Positions 19,875 to 28,804 of a stretch of DNA of 64,000 bases are shown here, piece after piece; position 1 is the first letter of the stretch, and every line of letters begins with the position of its first letter. The stretch comes from an uncultured Spirochaetaceae bacterium (GTDB lineage Bacteria; Spirochaetota; Spirochaetia; Sphaerochaetales; Sphaerochaetaceae), in contig CALXKZ010000025.1 in the NCBI GenBank assembly GCA_944389065.1, forward strand, positions 1,275 through 65,274, written 5' to 3'. The notes under the pieces are model-generated. The model worked only from the letters and a program-made list of their open reading frames with translations. It was not told the DNA's origin and searched no databases. The translations under genes and the position numbers were made by a program.

Positions 19875-20626
19875 TTCAGCTTAAGTCTGAAAGCGAGATA
19901 GATGGAATCAGGACAAGCGGTCATATGCTTGCTGAGATGTTCGAGGAGATCGGGCCTCAGATACAGGCAGGGATGAGCACCTGGGATGTAGACAGGATGT
20001 TCCATGACTGGATGAAAAGACATCATGCGGGAGCTCCATGCATCGGCTATATGGGATATCCTGCTGCAACCTGTGTCTCAGTCAATGACATGGTCATACA
20101 TGGAATTCCTTCAAAGACGGAGATCCTCAAAGACGGGGATATAGTCTCTGTTGATATCTGTCTTGAAAAGAATGGCTTCATAAGCGATTCAACACATACC
20201 TATGAGATAGGTACTGTATCACCTGAGGTCCATAAGCTCAATGCGGAGACAGAAAAGAGCCTGTATCTTGCTATTGAGGCTGCAGGAAAGCCGGGTGCGA
20301 GGATACAGGACATAGCCGCTGCTGTCTCTGGCCACTGCCGTAAGTTCGGGTACGGTGTTGTCCGCGATTACTGCGGGCATGGAGTCGGCTTCGAGATGCA
20401 TGAGGATCCAGAGATTCCGAATTATGTCTCTCTGATGAATCCCAATCCTCGGATCCGCAAGGGAATGGTTTTCGCAATAGAACCCATGATCAATATGGGG
20501 ACATATAGGATAAAGACAGATCCTGATGGCTGGGGCGTGAGGACCGCTGATGGCAAGGCAGCCTGCCATTGGGAGCATACAGTAGCCATGACGGACTCCG
20601 GGCTTGAGATACTGACCCGGATCTGA
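19871..20626 (+). CDS. map: Type I methionine aminopeptidase
   Basis: 251 aa with VNDMVIHGIP, DIVSVD, YCGHGVG, FAIEPM and WEHTV metal-ligand motifs. Confidence 0.95.
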   Translation: MIQLKSESEIDGIRTSGHMLAEMFEEIGPQIQAGMSTWDVDRMFHDWMKRHHAGAPCIGYMGYPAATCVSVNDMVIHGIPSKTEILKDGDIVSVDICLEKNGFISDSTHTYEIGTVSPEVHKLNAETEKSLYLAIEAAGKPGARIQDIAAAVSGHCRKFGYGVVRDYCGHGVGFEMHEDPEIPNYVSLMNPNPRIRKGMVFAIEPMINMGTYRIKTDPDGWGVRTADGKAACHWEHTVAMTDSGLEILTRI

Positions 20627-20637
20627 AAGGAGGGGAT

Positions 20638-21252
20638 ATGGCGAAGGACTTCATCACATGCGACATGATAAGGGATGCTGCTCTCAAGCTCGTTAGGAAG
20701 ATGCATACCGAAGATCACTTCATTCCTGATGTGATCTATGACTCGCTCCGTGGAGGCGCGTATATGGCTAACGTGATGAGCGAGTACTACAAGCTGATCG
20801 CGATGAAGGAGGGGCGTGATCCTGTATTCTATGCCGCTGTCGTTGCCCGTTCATATGGCTCTGTCCAGGAGCACTCCGGACATGTTGATATCGATGGATG
20901 GACATGGAGCCCCAGAAACCTCAGGAAAGGGCAGAAGATCCTTATCGTCGATGATATCTTCGATACAGGAATGACGGTCAATGCTCTTGTCGGACAGGTG
21001 ATGAAGGAAGGTATTCCCAGAGAGGATATCAAGGTGGCCGTTTTCGACTATAAGGTTCCTCTGTACAAGGATGAGCCTCCTCTTTCAGTCCAGCCTGATT
21101 ACTGGTGCCGGAAGCATGTGCTTAGAAAACCAGAGGATTCCGAGTGGATCCACTATACCTGCCATGAATTCATAGGCCTGACCCATGATGAGATAGATGA
21201 AGTCTATAAGGATCCTGAGGTCAGAGCGATTCTCCACGAGATCCTGGAGTGA
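20638..21252 (+). CDS. Type I phosphoribosyltransferase family protein (purine PRT-like)
   Basis: PRPP-binding motif ILIVDDIFDTGMT. 204 aa. Substrate not assignable by eye. Confidence 0.6.
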   Translation: MAKDFITCDMIRDAALKLVRKMHTEDHFIPDVIYDSLRGGAYMANVMSEYYKLIAMKEGRDPVFYAAVVARSYGSVQEHSGHVDIDGWTWSPRNLRKGQKILIVDDIFDTGMTVNALVGQVMKEGIPREDIKVAVFDYKVPLYKDEPPLSVQPDYWCRKHVLRKPEDSEWIHYTCHEFIGLTHDEIDEVYKDPEVRAILHEILE

Positions 21253-22546
21253 GTGAAAAGCCGGAGGCAGCAGTCTTCCGGCTTTTTCCATTGAGTATCC
21301 AGCATATCGGAAGAAGGTAGAGATAGAACGCCGCAGCAAGAGAGGCAGAAGGCGCTCCGATCACAGAAAGCGGAACGCTTCCAGCTATCGACCACGGAAT
21401 GAGAGGGGCAATGACAATCACGGTGTTCTCAAGCGCCAGGACCATGTCCTTCCTTTCCTTTACTGCTTTGCTGCATAGCTGATGCGTCAGCATTGTCGCC
21501 AGCGTCTGATTGCATGAGATCATTGATGTCAGGACTGCAACTGCAGCTATTGCCGGCCTAGGATGGGAAAGAGATTCCAGTCTCTTTCTCAGAGGCTCAA
21601 GAAGTCCTGTCTCCCTGAATATCCCTGCATAGGATGATGAGATTGCTACAATCAGAGCAACATCGATCATCGAAGCTATACCGCCTCCATTCAGGACTTT
21701 TCCAAGCTCAGGGTTCTCAGCCTTGAAGCCGGACAGGAGAAGGGAAGGAATCCTTCCTGCATCCATTCCTTCATAGAAGATGCATATAAGAAGAGCCGCC
21801 AGGACGCTTACAGCCATCGTCCTCTTCGTCCCGAATCGGAAGAATGAGAGCAATAGCATGAGTACGGCAGGAATCAAAGGAATGAATCCGATCCTGAAGG
21901 ATGACATGAAAAGCGTTGCAAGCTCTGAATCCAGAGATGAGTCCTGGACCAGGAACATGCTGATAAGACTGTATGCAGCAAGCGAAAGAGCGAATGGTAT
22001 TGAAGATGATCTCATCATGATCGGTATATTATCCCTGACTTCCGTTCCTGTGAGATCTGCAACCAGCAGGGCGCTTGTCGATACAGGGGAGCATCTGTCT
22101 CCGAAGAAGACTCCTGAAAGAACAGCTCCTCCTGTCAGCACAGGGCTTACTCCGATTGAATGAGCCATTGTCATGGATATGACCCCGACTGTCGCAGCGC
22201 TTCCGAATGAAGTTCCTGTCAAGAATGATATGAGGCAGTTTATCAGGAAGACTGCACCAAGAAACCACTCTGGACGTATAACAGGAAGTGAATATATGAT
22301 GACTGATGGAATAGTGCCAGCAGCTCTCCATGTCGCTGTCAGCATCCCTATAAGCACGAATGCCGAAAGGATGTTCCTTGTCTCATACACCCCCTCGAGC
22401 GATATCCTGAGAACAGATTTCGGATCCAGTCCGGAGAGAATTGCGTGGATGAAGAATATCATGTATCCGGCAGCAAGAGCCCAGATTATGGAAATGCCTA
22501 AGGATATTGACAGAATGAGAGCAGCAATGAATGCAAGAACCGCCAT
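21221..22546 (-). CDS. NhaC-family Na+/H+ antiporter-like membrane protein
   Basis: 441-aa polytopic protein resembling NhaC-type antiporters. The last ~20 codons run through the terminator hairpin and overlap the convergent PRT gene by 32 nt. Confidence 0.6.
   Translation of the reverse strand: MAVLAFIAALILSISLGISIIWALAAGYMIFFIHAILSGLDPKSVLRISLEGVYETRNILSAFVLIGMLTATWRAAGTIPSVIIYSLPVIRPEWFLGAVFLINCLISFLTGTSFGSAATVGVISMTMAHSIGVSPVLTGGAVLSGVFFGDRCSPVSTSALLVADLTGTEVRDNIPIMMRSSSIPFALSLAAYSLISMFLVQDSSLDSELATLFMSSFRIGFIPLIPAVLMLLLSFFRFGTKRTMAVSVLAALLICIFYEGMDAGRIPSLLLSGFKAENPELGKVLNGGGIASMIDVALIVAISSSYAGIFRETGLLEPLRKRLESLSHPRPAIAAVAVLTSMISCNQTLATMLTHQLCSKAVKERKDMVLALENTVIVIAPLIPWSIAGSVPLSVIGAPSASLAAAFYLYLLPICWILNGKSRKTAASGFSLTPGSRGESL
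21256..21287. terminator. Bidirectional hairpin terminator after the PRT gene, lying inside the 3' end of the nhaC-like ORF
   Basis: Perfect 10-bp stem AAAAGCCGGA (21256-21265) / TCCGGCTTTT (21277-21286) with an 11-nt loop, flanked by A and T tracts. Confidence 0.55.
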
Positions 22547-22614
22547 AAGCGAATATTAGAGTAAGCGATGATGAGGGTCAATGAACTGCCCTTCTGAAGC
22601 TGATGGTTTGATAA

Positions 22615-22882
22615 TCAATCAGAATGCAAGTTGTCTCTTTCTATTTCCTGTTTCTGATATAAGTAGGGGTTTTCCTGCTTATCATATACTTTCTTGATGT
22701 TGTACCCGTACCAGAAGATGAAGATTCCAAAGAACAGATAAGGGATTATTGTGATCGTCCGGTTCTGAGGCGGCAATCAGGGCAGGAGCAGATATTTTAT
22801 TGACCGGGAATTTCCTTGAATCCGGAGTTACGTATCCAAGAATCAAGAGTGCAGCAGAGTTCCTCAATCTATAAAGCCTCAA
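22615..22882 (-). pseudogene. Possible frameshifted remnant of a small two-TM membrane protein
   Basis: Tracked 66-aa ORF (22682..22882, contains AALLILGYV). An adjacent +1-frame reading (22776..22615) encodes IIPYLFFGIFIFWYGYNIKKVYDKQENPYLYQ. The two frames join near 22750. No ATG or SD is present for the second part. Confidence 0.2.
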
Positions 22883-22924
22883 TACAAAAAGTTCCGCTAG
22901 ATTGTATCGTCATGTATGTTCATG

Positions 22925-22960
22925 AAAAAGGCAGTACTTGGTTTCCCTCATACTGCCTTT
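22925..22960 (-). terminator. Intrinsic terminator after the lipoprotein gene
   Basis: Stem AGGCAGTA (22929-22936) / TACTGCCT (22951-22958). On the minus strand it is followed by UUUUUCAUG. Confidence 0.6.
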
Positions 22961-22992
22961 GTGATTAAGATGCCTGAAGAATCATCAATTCA

Positions 22993-24180
22993 TCAGAGGA
23001 AATCCGAAAGCTTGTATTCCGATCCGGTCCTGATCTTCTCAAGCCGTGCTGTTCCCGTTTTCTCAGGACGCACAATATAGAAGCCGTTATCCTGAGTGAT
23101 CAGGAGATACTCACGGGATTTCGATGCATGCTTTCCTGCAAAGCAGAGCGGAACGATATCAGCATCCTCAGATACGGAGATTATCGAAGGACGGGACTTG
23201 TTGTTCGTCTCGCTGGTGTCTGTCACATCCTCCCGCCAGTAGATTCCGTTGTCTGAGAGATAGCCTACGACGCTGTTTCCATCCCTGTAGATTGTAAGGT
23301 AGTTATCCTCTCTGTCCAGGACATCGAATCTCAGCTCTCCCTGCCTGAGCCTGCCATCGTATCCATTCTCTTTGTATGAAGAATCGATAGGGCAGATCTC
23401 GCCGCTTGCGATTGCTGCATAATCGCCATCGGATCCCATTGGATAATCAAGAGAATCATGTGAAGTCTGGATTCTGAGAGCCGCACCATCCTTGATGATA
23501 TAGAGATCATTCATGTTATCCGGCATGCCATCTATCTCCGGATCATCGCTTGTTGCCTTTATAACCCCATCCCCGATCATCTGCGAATTGGACGGAAGAA
23601 TGCCATCGATTCCTGATGTGAGCTCAAGAGTAGTCCCATTGATCTCTATGACAGCATAATGAGCCGGGTCAAGATGCCCTTCTCCCTGGAGGATATAAAG
23701 AGTCTGGATCTTGTCAGCTGCTATGCGTGATACAGCAAAGCCTGTCATCGCAGGATTGCCTGAGACAATGCACTGATTATTCTCTATAGCCTCTTCGACA
23801 TCTTCTCGGCTGATCTCTCCTGTCTCCCGGATCTCTATGCGGAAGAATCTGTAAAGCCCTGATGCCTTGTCTTTGTACGCCATGTAGATAAAGCCATCCT
23901 GCACAGCAATCGGGAATTCAGCATCACTTGAGGATTCAAGCACCTTCTCATACTTTATCTCATTGCCATTGGCATTCTCGCGCTCTGCCGAATAGGCTCT
24001 GTAGATATCCCAGTCACGCTCGAGATATATATTCGTGCCATCATTTCCGAGATAGCTCTGGTTGAAGCTCTCCTCTTCCTCCGCGAACTGGTATGCCCAC
24101 TGCAGAACACCTCTGGAGGAATCATTGCATGATGCAATGAGAAGAATTGCGGATATTATAAGCAGTATTCTTTTATTCAT
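22993..24180 (-). CDS. Repeat-containing lipoprotein of unknown function
   Basis: Signal peptide with lipobox IASC (MNKRILLIISAILLIASC). Recurrent DG[FI]Y-type segments (QDGFIYMAY, DNGIYWRED, DNGFYIV) suggest a beta-rich repeat fold. Confidence 0.6.
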   Translation of the reverse strand: MNKRILLIISAILLIASCNDSSRGVLQWAYQFAEEEESFNQSYLGNDGTNIYLERDWDIYRAYSAERENANGNEIKYEKVLESSSDAEFPIAVQDGFIYMAYKDKASGLYRFFRIEIRETGEISREDVEEAIENNQCIVSGNPAMTGFAVSRIAADKIQTLYILQGEGHLDPAHYAVIEINGTTLELTSGIDGILPSNSQMIGDGVIKATSDDPEIDGMPDNMNDLYIIKDGAALRIQTSHDSLDYPMGSDGDYAAIASGEICPIDSSYKENGYDGRLRQGELRFDVLDREDNYLTIYRDGNSVVGYLSDNGIYWREDVTDTSETNNKSRPSIISVSEDADIVPLCFAGKHASKSREYLLITQDNGFYIVRPEKTGTARLEKIRTGSEYKLSDFL

Positions 24181-24190
24181 TGTCTTCTCC

Positions 24191-24796
24191 TTAGTGCCTG
24201 TACGTGACAGTGATCATAAGCGGAACAGTCGCATACAGTGAGTTCTTCTTCGCAGCTTCCCCTGAGAAACCATAGATCTCGGGAACGAAATGGAAGCCTG
24301 CCGTGATTCCGGCACCCCATTCATTGGTGAAGAAGTATCTCATCCCGATCTCGAAAGTCACACCGAGGTTGATGCTGGAATAGTCGCTGATCGAAATGTA
24401 ATCAAGTCCGATTCCAAGCGAGATGGGAATCTCGAAATCTCCCTGTAAAGGTACATATGACATCTTCACAAGGATCGGGACAGATGTATATACGTCATTG
24501 CTTCTTACAAAGTCGAAATGATACCCGAGCTCTCCTCCGATCGCGAAATACTCATTCAGGAACACCTGGTAGGAGATCGAGCCGAATCCTCCTATCGTAT
24601 GATGGGTCTGGCCATCTCCGGCACCGAAGCCGAATGTGAGCGGGAATTCGCTTCCTGGATCGTAGTAGAAGAATGGGATCGTAGGTCCTGCAGATATAGA
24701 GAAGACCTGGGAACCTGTATCATAGTATGTTGGCAGAGCTGCAAGATACAGCGGCATAAGAAGTATCAGCAGGATGATTGCTAAGGCTTTCTTCAT
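24191..24796 (-). CDS. Small outer-membrane beta-barrel protein (OmpW/OmpA-barrel-like)
   Basis: 201 aa with a signal peptide, alternating aromatic/hydrophobic beta-strand pattern and an aromatic-rich C-terminal strand (ITVTYRH). It lies 10 nt upstream of the lipoprotein gene. Confidence 0.6.
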   Translation of the reverse strand: MKKALAIILLILLMPLYLAALPTYYDTGSQVFSISAGPTIPFFYYDPGSEFPLTFGFGAGDGQTHHTIGGFGSISYQVFLNEYFAIGGELGYHFDFVRSNDVYTSVPILVKMSYVPLQGDFEIPISLGIGLDYISISDYSSINLGVTFEIGMRYFFTNEWGAGITAGFHFVPEIYGFSGEAAKKNSLYATVPLMITVTYRH

Positions 24797-24847
24797 CTTT
24801 TTCTCCTGATGCGATTATACATGAAGAGAATAGTTCCGTGAACAGAC

Positions 24848-24876
24848 TTGAGACGTGTACACTTACTCTCTATAAT
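24848..24876 (+). promoter_or_regulatory. Near-consensus sigma70 promoter of folD
   Basis: TTGAGA (24848-24853), 17-nt spacer, TATAAT (24871-24876). The folD ATG (24884) lies 7 nt after the -10 with no SD between them. Confidence 0.5.
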
Positions 24877-24883
24877 CCTTTCT

Positions 24884-25759
24884 ATGAGAAGATTAGGCTG
24901 CAAAAAGGTTTCGGATGCAGTACTTGAAAGCATCCGTAGTCGTACAGAGTCGTTCATTGGCTGCGGCAACAGCGCTCCGTCGCTTGCCGTTGTTCTTGTA
25001 GGTGAGGATCCTGCCAGCCAGACATATGTCAGGAAGAAGGCTGAAGCGGCCGCATCGCTTGGATTCAGGCATTTCCAGTACACACTGAGCGCTGATACAG
25101 AAGAGGAAGAGCTTCTGGCTCTTGTGGACGAGCTCAATAAGAGGGATGACATCGACGGGATTCTCGTCCAGCTTCCACTTCCTCCGTCAATCGATACAGA
25201 CAAGGTAATTGACAGGATCTCTCCTGAGAAGGATGTAGATGGCTTCACGCCGATAAACATCGGAAGGATGGCAATCGGCAAGGATGCATTCATCCCATGC
25301 ACTCCTAAGGGAATCATGGAGACACTGAGATACTACGGGATAGAGACAGCGGGCAAGAATGTCACGATAATCGGACGCAGCAACATAGTCGGGAAGCCTA
25401 TGGCTCTTCTTTTGATGCAGAAGGGCGCTGATGCGACAGTTACAGTATGCAACACAAGAACAAAAGATCTTAAGGAGCATACGCTTTCTGCTGATATCAT
25501 CATTGTGGCAGCAGGACATCCGGGGACAATAGATTCATCATTTGTAAAAGACGGTGCTGTCATAATCGATGTCGGTGTCAACAGGATCGATGATCCGTCA
25601 AAGGAGAAGGGCTTCAGGCTCTCAGGCGATGCGGACTATGACTCATTCACAGACCGCTCTGTCTCGATAACCCCTGTTCCAGGAGGAGTGGGGCTGATGA
25701 CTGTATCGATGCTGATGGAGAATACGCTTGAGGCTGCAATCAGGAGAAGGGGCAAGTGA
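24884..25759 (+). CDS. folD: Bifunctional methylenetetrahydrofolate dehydrogenase / methenyl-THF cyclohydrolase
   Basis: LAVVLVGEDPASQTYVRKK, GILVQLPLP, GRSNIVGKP and PVPGGVG motifs. The start was moved to ATG 24884 so that the conserved LAVVLVG sits at its usual distance from the N-terminus. Confidence 0.9.
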   Translation: MRRLGCKKVSDAVLESIRSRTESFIGCGNSAPSLAVVLVGEDPASQTYVRKKAEAAASLGFRHFQYTLSADTEEEELLALVDELNKRDDIDGILVQLPLPPSIDTDKVIDRISPEKDVDGFTPINIGRMAIGKDAFIPCTPKGIMETLRYYGIETAGKNVTIIGRSNIVGKPMALLLMQKGADATVTVCNTRTKDLKEHTLSADIIIVAAGHPGTIDSSFVKDGAVIIDVGVNRIDDPSKEKGFRLSGDADYDSFTDRSVSITPVPGGVGLMTVSMLMENTLEAAIRRRGK

Positions 25760-27045
25760 GATATCTTATCGAGACCTATGGCTGTCAGCTGAACAAAGCC
25801 GAGTCCGATGCTCTTGAGATCCTTCTTAAAGGACGCGGGCTTGAGAGGACCGAAGATCCAGGAAAAGCCGATGCTGTCATCCTCAATACCTGTTCTGTGC
25901 GTAAGACTGCAGAGAACAGGATATGGGGACGTCTTGGATTCTATTCAGTTGAAAAGAAGAAGCATGGAACGATGATAATAGTCACTGGATGCATGGCTGA
26001 GAGGCTGAAGGATGAACTTAAGAATGAAGCTCCTTTCGTTGATGCCATTATCGGAACGAATGATAAAGCTTCGATTCCTGATTTCATCCTCTCAGGCAGA
26101 GCAGAAAGCTCTGATCACTACAGCTTCCAGCGCTCGTATTACCAGGAAGGCGCATATTCAAGCTATGTGCCTATAATGAATGGATGCAACAACTTCTGCT
26201 CGTACTGCATTGTTCCTTATGTAAGGGGCCGTGAGGTTTCCCGTCCTGTGGAGGATATAATAAGGGAGATAGAGTTCCTGGAAGGAAAGAATGTACGCGA
26301 AATCACCCTTCTTGGTCAGAATGTCAATTCATATTCAGCTGAATACAATGGAAAGCATATTGATTTCCCATCCCTTCTTGAGATCATCGTCCCTTATATG
26401 CACAGCATTGAATTCGTCCGCTTCGAGTCTCCCCATCCGAAGGATTTCTCCGATCATCTTATTGATGTCATTGCGCGTGAGAAAAGAGTTGTTAAGCATA
26501 TACATCTTCCAATGCAGTCGGGATCGACAAGGATCCTTGCGCTTATGAACAGGAAGAACACAAGAGAGTCCTTCATAGACTTGATCGATAAGATGCGTGA
26601 AAGGATCCCCGGTCTTACATTCTCGACAGATGTCATGGTCGGTTTCCCCACCGAGACTGAAGAAGAGTACGAGGAGACGCTTTCGATGATGGAGAAGATG
26701 GGATGCACAGAGGCGTTCATGTACTACTTCAATCCAAGGGAGGGAACAAAGGCCTGCAGGATGGAAGGACAGATTGCCGATGCTGACAAGATCAGGCGGC
26801 TGGAGAAGCTTATCAATGAGCAGCTTGAGAGGCAGAAGAGGATAAAGAAGGCAATGCTTCCATTCCAGGCTAGGGTCGTAGTGACAGGCATCAGCCGTGA
26901 TGACGAAGGAATGTATCTTGGACGGGATGAGCACAATGATTACTTTGCGTTCACATCATCCATTCCGCTTGAGGAGGGGATGATGGCAGAGGTTTATGCC
27001 GATACGCTGAACGGAAATACATTCAGGGGGCACATGGTTGAGTGA
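25756..27045 (+). CDS. miaB: tRNA (i6A37) methylthiotransferase
   Basis: N-terminal ETYGCQLN, radical-SAM CNNFCSYC and a C-terminal TRAM-like region. The GTG start overlaps the folD stop. Confidence 0.9.
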   Translation: MRYLIETYGCQLNKAESDALEILLKGRGLERTEDPGKADAVILNTCSVRKTAENRIWGRLGFYSVEKKKHGTMIIVTGCMAERLKDELKNEAPFVDAIIGTNDKASIPDFILSGRAESSDHYSFQRSYYQEGAYSSYVPIMNGCNNFCSYCIVPYVRGREVSRPVEDIIREIEFLEGKNVREITLLGQNVNSYSAEYNGKHIDFPSLLEIIVPYMHSIEFVRFESPHPKDFSDHLIDVIAREKRVVKHIHLPMQSGSTRILALMNRKNTRESFIDLIDKMRERIPGLTFSTDVMVGFPTETEEEYEETLSMMEKMGCTEAFMYYFNPREGTKACRMEGQIADADKIRRLEKLINEQLERQKRIKKAMLPFQARVVVTGISRDDEGMYLGRDEHNDYFAFTSSIPLEEGMMAEVYADTLNGNTFRGHMVE

Positions 27046-27805
27046 TATATCAGGATTCATAGAGCTTTATGAGAGGTCAAGACGCATAGCAGTGCTTACA
27101 GGCGCAGGGGTTTCCACGCTTTCCGGAATCCCTGACTTCCGCTCATCAGGAGGCCTGTATTCAAAGGAGTTCGGGAACATGAGCGTTGAGGAGATTCTTG
27201 AGATCGGCTTCTTCCGTTCCCATCCCGATGTGTTCTACTCATGGGCAAAGGACAACTGGTACCAGATGGATAGCTATGAGCCGAATATCATCCACAGAAC
27301 GCTTGCTGAAATGGAAAGGAGAGGGCGTCTTACTGAGGGGATATTCACGCAGAATATCGACAATCTCCATCAGAGGGCCGGCTCAAAGAAAGTCTATGAG
27401 CTCCATGGCAGCGTTCGTTTCGGATACTGCATGAACTGCCACAGGCAGTACAGCTACAAGGCCATAGCTGAAAGCGTGAATGCAGGTTCTGTCCCTGTAT
27501 GCCAGTCATGCGGCGGTGTGATAAAGCCCGATATAGTCTTCTATGGGGAGAGCCTGGATTCTTCGATGCTCATGAGGGCGGAGAATGCATTCTCCAATGC
27601 AGATCTTGCCATCGTCCTCGGATCATCTCTTGTCGTCAACCCTGCAGCATCCCTTCCGTATATCTCTGCACGATGCGGCCACGATATAGTGATCGTGAAC
27701 AGGCAGAAGACCTATATCGATGACTATGCTGCACTCAGGTATGATGATCTGGAGGATTTCTTCACCAGGTTCTCGGAATATCTTAGCCTTGGCGATAGCA
27801 GGTAG
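27038..27805 (+). CDS. cobB: NAD-dependent protein deacylase (Sir2 family)
   Basis: GAGVSTLSGIPDFRS, QNIDNLHQRAG, and zinc ligands CMNC...CQSC. It appears to use a TTG start overlapping the miaB end. Confidence 0.85.
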   Translation: MSDISGFIELYERSRRIAVLTGAGVSTLSGIPDFRSSGGLYSKEFGNMSVEEILEIGFFRSHPDVFYSWAKDNWYQMDSYEPNIIHRTLAEMERRGRLTEGIFTQNIDNLHQRAGSKKVYELHGSVRFGYCMNCHRQYSYKAIAESVNAGSVPVCQSCGGVIKPDIVFYGESLDSSMLMRAENAFSNADLAIVLGSSLVVNPAASLPYISARCGHDIVIVNRQKTYIDDYAALRYDDLEDFFTRFSEYLSLGDSR

Positions 27806-27814
27806 CATAATGTA

Positions 27815-27843
27815 TTGATGATTCTCCCGTTCTCTGTTATTTT
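27815..27843 (+). promoter_or_regulatory. Candidate promoter of ssrA
   Basis: TTGATG (27815-27820), 17-nt spacer, TATTTT (27838-27843), 13 nt upstream of the mature tmRNA 5' end. Confidence 0.35.
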
Positions 27844-27856
27844 TAGTAGGGCATAT

Positions 27857-28222
27857 GGGGGTGTTCTGGTTTCGACTGGCTTTGCTATGCCATAGACTGC
27901 GGGTCAAGAGCTGACTTGTAAAACCGGCACCGAAAATTAAATGCAAAGAAAGAAGACGAGTACGTCTCTGACGAAGCATTTGCTCTTGCTGCTTGATCGT
28001 AGCTGAGAGCGGGAATCCCTGGGTTAGGCCTCTGGCTCTCTGATTCCTTTACCGTAGGAGGCTTTCTCCCAGGCAGGCGCCGGGCAGGGGAGGAGAATAA
28101 GGCGATGCACCGGGTGGCCGCGCGTTCCGCTGCCTGAATCCGGCTAAGATAGAAGCGGGACTATATCCGTAGACGTTTATGGGTGGATTGTTAGGACGGG
28201 AGTTCGAGTCTCCCCACCTCCA
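27857..28222 (+). ncRNA. ssrA: tmRNA (transfer-messenger RNA)
   Basis: 5' GGGGGUGUUCUGGUUUCGAC. The 3' end has T-arm GGGAG-UUCGAGU-CUCCC plus acceptor strand CACCUCC-A. The acceptor stem contains the G3-U70 alanine identity pair. Tag ORF at 27943-27996 encodes AKKEDEYVSDEAFALAA followed by a stop. CCA is not encoded. Confidence 0.93.
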
Positions 28223-28234
28223 TTGCAGGAAAGT

Positions 28235-28804
28235 ATGGCAGAGAAAGTTGATGTTAGGATCCTCAAGACAAAGGAGCGTCTGAAAAGGGCGCTTCTTGAT
28301 CTTCTGAAGACAAAGTCTGTTTCAGACATCTCCGTCAGTGAGATATGCAAGAAAGGGAATGTGAACCGCAATACGTTCTACTGCCATTATGATTCCGTGG
28401 CAGATCTTCTTTCAGAGGTCGAGGGATCATTCCTGCAGGAGCTGAGCCAAAGCATAAAGATCTCCGGAGAGACTGTCGAATCCGTATCGGATCTTGTCTA
28501 TCTTATTCTCCGCATCGCCAGGGCGAACAACGATTTCTGCTCGCTTCTTTTCTCTGATAACGGCGATAAGAAGTTTCTTTCCACTATCTTGACATTCGCG
28601 CTGCCGTCTGCTGTTGAGAACTGGTCGGATGAGCTCGGGATAAGCCGCTCCGATTCGGAAATGCTCTACTATTTCATCTCCGGAGGTGCTGTCCGCGTGA
28701 TAGAGCAGTGGGTTGCGAGCGGTTTTGTCGAGAATGAGAAGATGATTGCCGAAAAGCTCAATACGATGATCCTCGGCGCACAGAGCTCTATGGCCCGTCA
28801 GTAG
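28235..28804 (+). CDS. TetR/AcrR-family transcriptional regulator
   Basis: N-terminal HTH region RILKTKERLKRALLDLLKTKSVSDISVSEICKKGNVNRNTFYCHY. The ATG at 28235 is preferred over the TTG at 28223, which abuts the tmRNA 3' end. Confidence 0.8.
   Translation: MAEKVDVRILKTKERLKRALLDLLKTKSVSDISVSEICKKGNVNRNTFYCHYDSVADLLSEVEGSFLQELSQSIKISGETVESVSDLVYLILRIARANNDFCSLLFSDNGDKKFLSTILTFALPSAVENWSDELGISRSDSEMLYYFISGGAVRVIEQWVASGFVENEKMIAEKLNTMILGAQSSMARQ

Noticed and set aside
27623-27979. 118-aa minus-strand ORF overlapping the cobB 3' end and the 5' third of the tmRNA gene
   Set aside because: It is antisense to a confidently identified tmRNA and to cobB, and it has no motifs. The tmRNA call explains the region.
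28223-28804. Whether the TetR gene marks a genomic island integrated at the ssrA 3' end
   Set aside because: tmRNA genes are common integration sites. Here, however, there is no integrase and no direct repeat of the tmRNA 3' end downstream, and only ~580 bp separate ssrA from smpB. That is too small, and too lacking in hallmarks, to call an island.
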